Source of the DNA: Camelus ferus
Taxonomy: Eukaryota
Assembly: GCF_009834535.1 (NCBI RefSeq)
Contig: NC_045697.1
Span: 103,914,001-103,978,000, forward strand
Reading direction: 5' to 3'
Length of the DNA stretch: 64,000 bases
The notes under the pieces were generated by a model. The model made no database searches. It saw only the letters and a program-made list of their open reading frames with translations, and was not told the origin of the DNA. Position numbers and translations under genes: made by a program. This document shows, piece by piece, positions 12,609-24,962 of this stretch (position 1 is its first letter; every line of letters begins with the position of its first letter).

Positions 12609-13357
12609 ATTCCCACTTTTTTCTGTAGTTCCAGTTTAAACTAAAAGTCTATAGTGTGAACTTCCCACTCAGCCTCGCACCCATGCCAAGTGTAAGCCAT
12701 AACCAGCATCAGTGTTAATCACAACAGAGACCCCTGCTGAAGCTAACGGTGCTGAATGGGTCAGCATTTGAATCCAGATTAGTGGCAACAGAAGCAAACG
12801 CATTTTAAATGACTAATCGAGGTGTTGAAGGAATATTACAAGCTTATGGGACGTTTATTCTTCACCCTGAACTTAATATGATAGGATCGTAATTTTTTCT
12901 CTCTCTCTCCATCCTGCTCTAAAATGTCTATATTCTCAGGCAGAAAAGGTCCAGGAAAGTGAAATCCAGCACTTTCCCGGAAGTCAGATTTAAACTATAT
13001 TTTGTCTTAAGCCTGGAAGTAATTGATCAAAGGCTTCTGAACACCAACGACCTTCTCAGGGCACTCGGGGCTCCGTGAGAGAGACTGAGCACTGCCACTG
13101 AGTTCTCACCCAGTGTTTGAAAAATAGGCAGCATACATTGTTAATATGTTGAGTTAATAGCAAATAGCAGTGAAAAGAGAGAAACGCAAAAAGTTGACAG
13201 AAAAACTACAGAAGCACAGCCATCATTGGCAGGTAGTGTATAGGGACAGACTGACACCCCTCAGTTTTTGCTCCACAGGACTTTACAGTAGCTCCATGAG
13301 TCTCCATGAATTTAAAGAGTGAAATTATTTCTCTAATACCCTTTATTTAAAAAATGG

Positions 13358-13575
13358 TAATGGGAGATTTGCAAATGTTAGCCACTATATACAAAAGTAG
13401 ATGAAAAACACAGATTTCTTCTGTATAACACAGGGAACTATATTCAATATCTTGTAATAACCTTTAGTAAAAAAAAATATGAAAACAAATATACGTGTGT
13501 ATATATGCATGACTGGGACATTGTGCTGTACACCAGAAACTGACACATTGTAACTGACTGTACTTTAATAAAAAA
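13358..13575 (+). mobile_element. Young L1 3' end (camelid-type)
   Basis: GATTTGCAAATGTTAGCCACTATAT...CACAGGGAACTATATTCAATATCTTG...ACTGTACTTTAATAAAAAAAA; short AAAAATGG TSD-like flanks. Confidence 0.9.
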
Positions 13576-15261
13576 AAATGGGGTGCAATTTTTTTGTACG
13601 TGTTTAGAATGAAAAAACATTGCTTTGAAATAACGGCTTCTGTCATTAGTAACACACTTATGTGGAATACCTAACAAGGAAGTGAATGTATTTAGTAGTT
13701 GCTAAGAACTTCCAGATTAAGGGTATTCACTTGCATAAGAATTACCACTCTTACACTTAAAATCCTGCACAATACTGACTTGTTTTTCGTGTAAAGGAGG
13801 CTGTACTTTCTCAACGTTCTCTTACCCACGCTACATGGAGTTTTAGGAGATCCTTTGGAGACAAGTGTTTATCTCCTCCCTGAAGGATGCACTAGGAAGA
13901 ACTCAGATCATCCCCTGATCAGGATTCCTTTGAACCCTTGATAGGAGAATCCTTCCTGCCCACTGACCAACCAGCTTTTTGGGAGCTGGAGCACTGTTTG
14001 CTGAAGGATGTTGACTGGCTGCATCATCGCTTGTTGGACCTGATTAAAGGCTCCCTTTGTTTTCTTTAGAGTATGTTGCAGACCTTTTCTGAAAGCGTTT
14101 TGTGATCTTACTCTGACAAAGTGTTTATTTGCCAGGGTATTTCGTGGACGAGGAGGGAGAACAATGGATGGGCAGAGATGATGTATGTGCCCTTGATTTC
14201 AGTTGTTGATAGACATCAGCGATGACAATACTGTACCACAGATTTCTTTATTCTCTGCAGCTGAGGTTCAGAGACATGAATTGCACTTGATTGCACGATA
14301 TCTCCACATAGAAATTGTAAGGAGACCGGCATGCCCTAACGTTGTTTATTTACACAGAACACTCTAGTTCGCTGTTTCCCCTCCGGCTTTTCTTAAACAA
14401 GCAATTTATTCTCAACAGTTTTAAATTTAAAATCAATATTTCTAATAAAATAGTTTTACACTTCTCCTCTTTATGAATGGACAAGTATTGGAAGAGAATC
14501 CAAATGATTTTGAGCTGTAAAGACGAGGCTATCAATAAAACATATTCTAGGGGAGTCTGTGAAAAGAAAATATTTCTGTTTATCTTTCAACACTGAAATA
14601 TATGTGAATGGACATATAATGTAACTTTCATCTGTTGACTAGATATTAACTAGTAAAATTGGTTTCCAAGAAAGAAAGTTAATCGACTAATGTCAAATTT
14701 TAAAAATGCATTTGGTAGTTTAAAAATAATAAGCAGCTTGCTTTTTAAAGTAAGTCCTGAGTACTTTTCATCGGCAGGATATTTCAGTAGAACACATGTA
14801 GAGAAAATTTACTTTGAGGAGGTCCAGGGATTTATAAGCATTTCTGGGGTTGCTCAAAATGCACATACTGAGATACTACCTAAATTATTCTTCGTTAACT
14901 TGGGGAAATGATATGATAAATTTTTAAAACTACTTAAAATTACACAGGTAATACATATTTGTCATTAAAAACTCACAAATACAAATCAGTAAACAGAATA
15001 AAAATCACAAACAAGTAAATGAAGAAAAAATCATACGGAGATAGTGTCATTAATAATTTGCTCTAGATTTGATCAGTGTGTTTACGAAGATTACATTATA
15101 TATGTATTATTTTGTTATGAGTTGGCAATACATTTTGTGAAACAGAATTTAAAAATCCACTGAAGTATGGATTTCCAAGCCTAGTTTTCATTCATGTCTG
15201 TTTTCCCTGTTACCCAGACCCACTTTTATTAGATTTGTGTGTATCCTTCCACTGCTTTGCT

Positions 15262-15445
15262 TTTTTTAATTAAATTAAAAATTTGAAAAGATACTATTTT
15301 TTAGAGTAGTTTTAGGTTGACAACATTGAGAGGAGGGTAGAGATTTCCCATGGCCCCCTGCCCCTGCACATGCATAGCCTCCACCATTATCAACATCCCC
15401 TGCCACAGCGTACATCTGTTACAATGGATGAACTCACAACATAAT
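15262..15445 (-). mobile_element. Old L1 (L1MC-like) 3' end
   Basis: TTTTTAGAGTAGTTTTAGGTTGACA...GCCTCCACCATTATCAACATCCCC; homologous to the start of the 45140-45950 copy. Confidence 0.7.
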
Positions 15446-15489
15446 TTGCCATTGGTGTTACCATGCAATGGGTTTATTATGTTATTTTA

Positions 15490-15637
15490 AAATAAATAAT
15501 GTTTTTTAAAGATTCTGTTTCAATTTCTAATATGGTAAGTATCAATATAAATAGCCCACATAAACAAAAGCTCTTTGGGGTCATCAATAAATTTTTAGAA
15601 TGTGAAGCCTCCTGAAACCAAAATGTTCAAGAATCAT
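15490..15637. mobile_element. hAT-Charlie (Charlie4-like) terminal fragment
   Basis: CCCACATAAACAAAAGCTCTTTGGGGTCATCAATAA...ACCAAAATGTTCAAGAATCA resembles the Charlie4 end as I recall it. Confidence 0.6.
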
Positions 15638-17499
15638 ATTCTTGTTACTCTGCTAGGGCTGGGCAATTTGAAAATGGGTGAGGATGGAAAGTTCAAGGCA
15701 AGTCATCCATTAGGGTTTGTTTTTTTTAATATGCATGATCTATTCTCTGAGTCAGTCCGCACATCCTCATTGACGTAAGTGGAAGTTTGCTTGCTTAAGA
15801 ACAGTGCATTAACTGAGCTAAATAAACTACAGCGAGCATTTTTTTTTGTCTTTTCCTCCTCTTTCTGTTTTTACCATTTTGATTCTAGCCAGATGATTTC
15901 TATTAGGTCAATGCCTTCTATGCCTTAAATAATCTTGTTTTTGTTCTTCTATTCAGAATTCACCAAGAAGCCTACTTTGTTCAAGTCTATTCTGAAGCAG
16001 TGCTATCGCCTTGGGTGGAGTACGTTGAGCGCGGGGCATGGCTGTGTGTGGTGTCGCTTGAGGGGCTGCCATGAAGTTTTATAAGTGACAGCGGATTGTG
16101 GATAAGAAGAAGTCATCATTATCAACAAGAACAAGAACAACCATAACATGACCCATTGAGCATCTTTACGTCCCATCTCTATGTTTTTGTATCTGGGCAA
16201 ATTTGAACTTTGGAGATAAAGAGTTTGTATATGTATTTATGTGGATGCGGAGTAGGGTTCTGTCTAGGAGATGGATGTTTGGTTACATGCTCCCTCTTAG
16301 GGATGCATCGTAGCTAGGTGTTAGCTAAAATACTTGGCCAACATTTCTGTCTTTGGTTTAGGCTAAGGCTTTTGGAAGGATGACTAGACCAATGTCTACT
16401 TCAACTGTCATCCCTAAACCGTTGCAGAATCCAGCAATGTGGTCCTGTAAGTTACTACCAGCTTGAATCAGCATAAAAATGCCAACAACACAAACAAGGC
16501 ATACAATTCAGATTTACTGCTAATATCTGCATATTCACTTTTAAACAGATAGACATTCTATATGTAGTTTGAAATGAAAAAACTCTACTTGATTCTAAAT
16601 GTTGAAAGCCTGTCAATTCGCTGAAGTGTAAATGTAAATATTATTGCAAGAGTAAAATGCAGCAGTAATTAATGATTATAGAACTTGTTAACTTTCAAAC
16701 AAAAATAATCAGAATATTTCAAATAATAAATGTATAAGGAGATAGATTTAAAGTAAAGGTTAATATTCAGATAGAATATATTAGCTAGATAACTTTAGGA
16801 TGACTATTATATGCTCTGAGAGCCTTAACAGCATTTAAATAATCAAGAAAAAATAATAGAAATCATAGCATAGACATTAGAATTAATCTTTGAAATTGTA
16901 TTAACATCCAAACATTAATGAAAACAACCTTTAAAACTATTCTTTTTGTACAATATTTTTTAGCTGTCTAATTCCATTTAGGCCACGAGTCTTTTGGGAT
17001 AAAGTTCTCTCTGGAAATTCTTCACATCTTGAAGGATGGGATTAAAAAGTAAAATGTTAAGTTTGCCTTGTTAAATTTGACAAGGTGGGAAAACAACCCA
17101 AATCATGTGCAACATCTGTAAAAAGTCATCTTTGATCTAGACATGACAAAGAATATACAGAATAGAGGGAGACAGTGTTAAACAAAAATGAGGAATTCCT
17201 AAAACATGCCCCTTTTCCAATCTCTGTTGACTGAATCTATTTAGTATCACAGATGAAGTGTAAGAAGTGTACGGTGAACTCAGGAGCAATCCATCAGCTG
17301 ACAGTACCGAGGAATTGTTCTTTCTATATTATGTCAAACTAAAAAATTTTTACTAGTGGTTTTAATGAAAAATTATAGTAAAAAAGTACTTTTTTTTGGT
17401 AAAATCCAAGATTGTGATATCTACAAAATTCAATCTGTGATGGTAAACTAAGAGTTTAGTCTTAGATTGGGCTAAATATTGATTTTTTTTTTTTGGCTT

Positions 17500-17594
17500 C
17501 ATTTCCTTTTTTTAAATTGAAGTATAGTCAGCTTACAATGTTGTGTCAGCGTCTGGTGTACAGCGTAATAGTTCAGTCATATGTATACATACAT
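17500..17594 (-). mobile_element. Short L1 3' end
   Basis: TTTTAAATTGAAGTATAGTCAGCTTACAATGTTGTGTCAG is the same terminus as other young L1 copies in the window. Confidence 0.85.
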
Positions 17595-17719
17595 ATGTTG
17601 ATTTGAACATGTGTTTATTTTGTGTTAACACATTGATTTACTGCACCCCTACTTTTTTTTTTAAAGCATTACCCTCCGCCCCTGTTTATATTAAATAAAA
17701 AAGGAAGAGCTCACAGTGC

Positions 17720-19850
17720 TGCAGATGAAGTTGGGCATTTTTTCTGTGTGTGTGTGTGTGGTTTTGTGTGTGTGTGTGTGTGTGATTTTATAATTTTTTT
17801 CTTCTCAGAAATGTTTATTTCTTTTTGTCCAATTTTTTAGGGGGAGTTGTGTATCTCTTTCCTTATAGTTTCATGAAAGTTCTTCACAAATTTTGTTTAC
17901 CCTTGTTTTATCATTCATTTTGTGGCTTTTTTCTCCCCACTCTGCTTTTGGTGTCTCTTGATGAACAGAAATTTAAAATTTTTAATTTGTCAAATTTATT
18001 GATATCTTTTGTTTGAAAGGTTCTTTCTTAACATGAGGCCATAAAAGTATTCTCCTATATTTTTTTCTGAAAGTCTTGAAGTTTTGCCCTTCACATTTAA
18101 ATCGTCAATCAATTTGGCATTTATTGTTTTGTGTATGTATTAAGATAAAGCTCCAATTTTATTCCCATGTGAATAGCCGAGTCTCCCAGTACTAGTCATT
18201 GAATAGTCTGTTTTGGTAATTTTTCAGTGCCATCTCTGGCATAAACCAAGGTTCCATCTGGGTATGGTTCTGCTTTGGGCTTCTGTATTCCATTGGTCAA
18301 TTTACTTACTCATTCACAAATGCTACATTCTAAAATTACAATGGATTTACAGTAAGTCTTGATTTTAGTGCAAAACATGTTCTCCTAATTTGTTCTCTTC
18401 CTCCTCCTTCTTCAATGGTGTCTTGACTATTTGTAAGCTTTGCGTTCCCTTATTTATTTAAAAATTGGGGTGCCAATTTATTCGAAAATTCTGCGGTGAT
18501 TTTTGTTTCCTGAAGTAAACTTTACCTGCCATAAAACATGTGTGTGTTCAAATACTTTGCCTTTTTATTAAATTGGAATGTGTGTCTTGATTTTATTGAG
18601 TTGTATGAATTCTTTCTATATTCTGGGTCTAAGGTCTTTGTCATATAATTGAATGGTGAATAGTTTCTCCCAATCTGTGGTTTGAGTTTATTTTTTTAAT
18701 AGCTTTCATTAGCAGCTGCTTTTGGATTGTGTGTTTTTGTTCATTTTCAAATGTCTTTATTCCAACCATTCAGGATGTATTCATTCGACAGAGAGTTCTA
18801 ATTTGATAGCTTTTTTAAATGCATAATTCAGTGAGTTTCGAAAAAGTGCATAGCTTTATATAAACAATAACTAATCAAGATATAGAATGTTTCCATCACC
18901 TCAGAAAGTTCCCTTGTGATTCCTTTCAGTTAATCTCTACCTGCCAGAAGCAACCGCTTCTCCCTTCAGCAGTTTACAAATGTTATTTGATTGTCTTCTG
19001 GCTTCATGATTTCTGATGTGAAGTCTGCCATCACTTCTGTTGTTGTATATCATGTACTTTTTTTCTCTATTAGATTTTCTCTTTAACCTGGATCATCAGC
19101 AGTTTGACTTTGATGTACCCAGGTTTGCTACCCTTTTTTATTTGAGGTTCCACTTGTTGGATTTGGAAGTTGATGTTTTACACCACATTTGGAAAATTTT
19201 GGCGTTATTTTTCTCACATACATATATGGCCTTGTCTCCTCTCTCCTCTCCAACTGGGACACTAGTTATACTGTATGTGTTAGAATATTTTGTATTGTCC
19301 TTCAGGTCACTGAGTTTGTTAATTTTTTTCGATCATTTTCCCCCTCTGTTTTGTTGGATAATTCTTTTTGATTTGCTGTCAAGTTCATGATAACTTTCTC
19401 CTACAGTTTCCAATATACTCTTAAGCCCATCCAGGAATTAAAAAATATTTATAACACATAATATATATATATTAGCATAATTTATACTTCCAGGACTTCC
19501 ATTTAGCTCTTTTTTATAGTTTCTATTTCTCTGCTGAGATTCTGCATATGCTTACTTAGTATGACTATCTTTTCCTCTAAGCCCGTGAACAGAGTTATAA
19601 TATCTTATTTAAAGTCCTTATCTGCTAATACTAAAATCCAGATCACCTCAGGTCTGTGTCTATTGCCTGTTGTTTTTCTTGGTTAGGAGCCATAGTTTTC
19701 TAGTTTTTCATAAATCTAATAATCCGCTGTTGTAAGCTGGACATTGTTATGACACATTTTTGAGAGACTGGATTTTTTCTGAATGCTGTTGAATGTTGTG
19801 CTATAAGACACAATAAATTACTAGCAGATCCTTTTAGCCGTGACAAGTCT
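17720..19850 (-). mobile_element. Cluster of degraded old L1 (L1M-type) fragments
   Basis: T-rich antisense L1 ORF2, 3'UTR and ORF1-like segments, with a (GT)n tract at about 17745-17784. Boundaries approximate. Confidence 0.6.
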
Positions 19851-20239
19851 GCTTTGACTTTTTCCCCCTATATTACACTTACTTGTGAAATTACAAAAAT
19901 CTCTCATATATGTATATTTACACACACACCTATTTGCATGAAGTTGAAACATCTTGTACCACTTGAAGATATTTTACTAATCATGAAATTATTGCATTCT
20001 ATTATTACTAATTTCTTTGTAAGTATATTCTATTTCCTTAATTACATTGTAGGCCTCAGGGATGGATTTTCATTTTATAGCTTTTTGTAGTCATGGGATT
20101 TGACACACAGCTGGCACTCAATAAAAGTTATTGTTTTAATGATTATGAAGAATGTCTTTTGTGGTCCTTTGGGCTTTGCTCCAGTATTTCTTCCATAGCT
20201 AGTCTTACTCCAACTATATGAGTCTGAAACATTGAGTTT

Positions 20240-21130
20240 ATTCATTCATTCATTCATTCATTCATTCATTCACATACATCCATTCATCTGTTCACTCAAC
20301 AAATATTTATTGAGAACTTACTATATGCCAGTCCCTATCCTGGGGCTGTGAGTACAACAGTGACGAAGATGAATGGTGTTCACACCCTCATAGAACTTAC
20401 GAGTTAGTGGGTATTGAGAGTTCGGCCGGGCTACTCCATGGTGTTGCTGCCTTGAAACCCATCTTGCTTTGCCAACTAACCTGAAGGGACCTTACAGATA
20501 CTAATCCCCTTGTGAGAGAACATGCCCTTGATAACAGTGTCTCAAGCAGTTGTGAGTTCTTGATATGACTTCCCCAACAGCCCTTGTGGTAAACGTCTTC
20601 CCTACCTCCCAGGACCTTCCCCTTTTGTGCCTCTTAGATAAGACCCCGTGGAGCTTTCTAAAACCCTGCTTCCTTTGGTTTGAACTGACCAATCTGGTCC
20701 TCGCCCAGGAACCCTAAAGCACTCCGCCCATGGACACTAATAAAGGCATGTGCCCCAGGTCCTGCCTCTCCCAGTATCTGCACCTGCCTGGCCTCCCAGT
20801 GTGGCTGCTCAAAATGTGCTGTGTACTTCTGCCAGGACTTGTGAGCAGTAAACGTCATTTCAGTTTCTCCTGTGGTCTTTTGCTGCTCATCATCTGGCAC
20901 CCTGTGTTCTGTTTAATTAATGTTAATTTAGCAGTGGGGGAGAATAACAACAAGGAAATAAGCAAGAAACCACGTAAGATAAAGTGAGCACTCTATGAAG
21001 ATAAAGAATAAAGGAGGTAGTCATTGTGATGAAGATGCATGTGTATTTTTAAAAATAGGATTGTGAGGAAAGTCTTGTCTGAGTAGATGATATTTGAGCA
21101 AAGATCTTAGGCAGAGCAGTTAAGTGAGTT
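20240..21130 (-). mobile_element. L2 3' region, interrupted by an LTR
   Basis: (ATTC)n tail then AACAAATATTTATTGAG...TATGCCAG; the L2 resumes after 20934. Confidence 0.75.
20412..20933 (+). mobile_element. Solo ERVL-type LTR (MER74/MER73/MER54 group-like)
   Basis: Ends ...TTAGCA; 5-bp TSD GTGGG at 20407-20411 and 20934-20938; internal CCAAT and CTAATAAAGGC. Family assignment tentative. Confidence 0.7.
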
Positions 21131-21469
21131 TGTATAAAGACAATAAGGTATTATTTATTTATTTGCACATCTATAATTTTTATTCATGATAATGATTATT
21201 GCTTTTTGATACTGCCAATACCTTCTCCTAGTAGTATGTCTTCTCTGTTAAACCAGTGGCTAAGTAGAATTTTTCCTGATGACCCAGAATTGGTTTCAAG
21301 GACATAAAATTGAGTACTCAAATACATCATACTACAACTATCGCAAGCTATAAACAGAGTTACAATTATCTGGATTGTTTCAAGTTTTTTGTTATTATGA
21401 ATAAAGCTGCTATGAACACTTACATACAGCTTGGATACAGTAAACAAAGATTTTAATTTCAGCAAATCA

Positions 21470-22219
21470 GTGGTTACAATTCAATTATTATTTTATAAAT
21501 GGAGTTGAGTTCCAATCTGCTATTTTCCCAGTAAAGGTATTGTCATTAAATTTGATATGTAATCAACTGTAAAACCATTTTTCAGCTCCAAAAAATTATT
21601 GTTAAACTGAAACACTTTTAGCTTCAGCACCACTTATGTCAGAACTTCACTCTATAATCAGTGACATGAGGGATTTCTTTACTGAATTGGATGATAGTTT
21701 TTGAGAACTGGGAGAAATTGCCTCAGTTTGTGTGTGTGCATGTGTGTGTGTGTGTGTGTTATTCACAACGTAATGACTACAAATACAACATACTTTTAAG
21801 TTTAATCTTCATTTTTCTCCATCACCTTCTTGTCTGGATAATCAACAAAACAGTCAAGCCCTGATTTGTAGCCTTTGCCAACATTCACGGTGTAAATGCT
21901 TCCACTGCTGCTGAGTTGAGGCTATCAGTGTGATATCCATGAAGTGGGGTTGGGATGAGATATAAATGGGATGAGATGAGGTGGTACAGTTACGTAACAT
22001 TTTCAGCATTCACGAACAGCCACAATAGAGGTAGGCAACACCTAGAGCATGGGTCATAGCGAAATGAGGTACAACACCCTGCAAAAGGTAAAGTAGTGAA
22101 GTGAATACAGTAAAATGAAGTTTACTTTTTAACAATGGCCGTGTTAAACTTGTAAAATTCTTAAACATTTAACGACTGGCTCTCGCACACCTGTGTAAAC
22201 TGGCTCTAGCACGCTGCTG
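21470..22219 (-). mobile_element. hAT-Blackjack DNA transposon (MER63-like)
   Basis: Terminus ...ACTGGCTCTCGCACACCTGTGTAAACTGGCTCTAGCACGCTGCTG and internal CAAGCCCTGATTTGTAGC match MER63 as I recall it. Confidence 0.7.
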
Positions 22220-22759
22220 AGGGAGGGTGACTTTGCAGTGCCCCGAGAGAAGCTTCTGGCAGCCTCTGCAACACTACCCGGATTCGCTTTAGCCAATGCT
22301 CCTCCTCTGGAGTATGCCTTCCAGACACTTACACATAGTCCTGGAGGGACTTGCACAAGGGTCCGCATCGAAGACTGTAGGATGGGCAACTGGAAGCAAT
22401 GTGAAAGTTTAACCTTAGGGGAATGGAAAGCTTTAATGTGGTGCACACAGACCTGGCACGATCTCATCTGGGGCCATTGAAGACACAAACTTAGACCTGA
22501 CAACACTTATGTCTCTCAGGGACACACACATTAAGGCATAGTCTGGACAGACTAGAGTAGGGGGTGAGGTGCCTAAGGAGAGAAGTGAGTTTTGGGATTG
22601 GTGGTGGAAGGAAGAAAAACAGACTTGAATGAAAAAAAAAAAAACCCCAAAACAAAAAAAAAAAAACCCTAGCATTGGTCCTCATCCCACTCAATGAGGA
22701 GAGCAGGCCCTGATCTGAAGGGTCTGGGTTTCTGACTTCGCAATCCAGGGGCAGAATAA

Positions 22760-23020
22760 GGGCCTTTGAAATGTGAGCGGATGTGATATATATAATTTAC
22801 AGGCAGAAACTTTTAGGAACCATCATTTATGTCCACCATTCCTCTTTTCTCTCTGTCATGAGAAGGGTGATGTCTCAGATGGGGGTTTCCTCAGCCTGGA
22901 TCCCAGGGTAAAGAGGACAGGAGGCAGAACCACAGCCAAAGTCAACACATGAGAAAGCTGCCTTGTTGCCACGAGCCACTGAGATTGGGGTCATTTCTTA
23001 TTGTACAGCCTAACCTTATG
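22760..23020 (+). mobile_element. MaLR LTR (MLT1I/J-like) 3' part
   Basis: CAGCCTGGATCCCAG...GAGCCACTGAGATTGGGGTCATTTCTTATTGTACAGCCTAACC. Confidence 0.6.
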
Positions 23021-23071
23021 GATATAAATGAATTATTTTAAACACACTTGTTATTAAACATGCTATTTTTA

Positions 23072-23792
23072 TGCATTTGTTTTTAATTGAAGCATAGTTG
23101 ATTTACAACATTGTGTTAGTTTCTGGTATACAGCATAGTGATTCGGTTATGTATGTATTCTTTTTCATGTTCCTTTTCATTATAGGCTATTACAAGTGTT
23201 GAATATAGTTCCCTGTGCTATACAGTAGGACCTTGTTCCTTATCTATTTTTTATAGAGTAGTTTGTATCTGCTAAACCCAAACTCCTGGTTTATCCCTCC
23301 TACCTCTTCCCTTTGGTAACCATATGCTTATTTCTATGTCTGTGAGTCTGTTTCTGTTTGTAAATAAGTTCATTTGTCTCATTTTCGTAGATTCCCCATA
23401 TGAGTGATACCGTATGGTATTTTTCTTTCTCTTTCTGGCTTACTTCACAGAATGATGATCTCTAGGTCCATCCATGTTGCTGCAAGTGGCATTATTTCAT
23501 TCTATTTTATGGCTGAGTAGTTTTCCATTGTATATATATAACACATTTTCTTTATCCATTCATCTGTTGATGGGCATTTAGGTTGCTTCCATGTCTTGGC
23601 TATATTGTTAACTGTGCTGCTATGAACATTGGGGTGCATGTGTCTTTTTGGGTTACAGTTCCCTCTGGATATATGCCCAGGAGTGGGATTGCTGGATCAT
23701 AGGGTAAGTCTATTTCCAGTTTTTAAAGAAATCTCCATACTGTTTTCCATAGTGACTACACCAAATTGTAGTCCCAGAAGCGGTTTGTGAGG
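23072..23792 (-). mobile_element. L1 3' end (3'UTR plus end of ORF2), 5'-truncated
   Basis: Antisense L1; perfect 17-bp TSD TAAACATGCTATTTTTA at 23055-23071 and 23793-23809. Confidence 0.92.
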
Positions 23793-24911
23793 TAAACATG
23801 CTATTTTTAACTGACACATAGGGTAAATAAAATAAATAAAGAAATACGATCTTGAGGGAGTCTGGCTGCTGCAGAAATACTAACAGAATTGCAAGTCCAA
23901 GGCAGCAAAACTGAACTTCTTGAGTACTTCCTGATTCTGCCATAATTTTGTATGCTAGATATAAAATATGATGATGTATCATTATTCTTGAGATCTGAGC
24001 CATATGTTAGAAATAAGATGCTGGAGTTGAATAATTCGCTAATGTGTTGCATTATGAGTGTTTACAAAATATATATTACAGAGTCCTTAATCTTCAGCTC
24101 CTATGTACACTTCTTCAGAGCAGAGATTTTATGGCATATTAAAGAATATATACAGAAAGCCTATTACTGTGTTCTCACAAAACAATCTCTCCGTAATGCT
24201 TATTGACTAACTGGATAACCATTAGAAAAAATTAAATTCTTAATCCAGAAGGTTTAAAAAAACGAGGGTTCTGTTCATCCTGTACATGTTTTGAGAATGA
24301 ACTTGATTTTCCTAATCACATTCTTTTGGCTTTGTTAGCTAAGTTATTGCTCTAAATTCTGAGGCTTGTATTTCTCCTTAGGTTTTTTTTATTAGGAGTT
24401 TAATTATTTCTAAGTTATTTTCACATAAATTGCTTCTGGTGAATTAACTGAGTAAAGGAAGAATGAAGACTATTCCTTTTTCTTATTTATGTCCATCAAA
24501 AAGGTCATAGGTTCAGAATATATTAGATATTGGATATAGCAATAATACTTTTTTAAAAAGGACAGATTAACCTAAATTGAATAAATTATGATTAAAGAAT
24601 GATGCTAAAGTTTGACTGAAAAATTTCCTCCTTGAATCATCACACATAACCTTAATGGCAGTCAGGACATGTAGTTTCAAAGCTAGATTAAACCTACAGC
24701 ATCTTTACAGTTAGCAAAGGTGAAGAGATAACTGCACTGGGAACCTCAGTCCTGAATGAATTATATCACCTTAAAAAGCAATTAATGTTTTCTACAATAC
24801 TCATCAAAAATAAATTGATATCACCTGAAATTCTACCTTTAGACGTAACAACTGTTAACATTTTGTGGTATATCTTTCAAGAACAGCTTTCTGTGCATAT
24901 TCAATAATATA

Positions 24912-24962
24912 AACGCTAAATTTGTAGTAATTTGTGGCAGCAGCAATAGAAAACTGATATAC
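24912..24962 (+). mobile_element. Isolated MLT1 LTR 3' terminus
   Basis: CTAAATTTGTAGTAATTTGTGGCAGCAGCAATAGAAAACTGATATA, within degraded L1-like sequence. Confidence 0.55.

Noticed and set aside
14136..14188. Possible 47-nt exon (YFVDEEGEQWMGRDD) between CAG and GTATGT
   Set aside because: Weak pyrimidine tract, no recognisable protein, no partner exons.
15930..16085. Strong acceptor TTTTGTTCTTCTATTCAG followed by open frames
   Set aside because: No convincing donor, and the translations match nothing I recognise.
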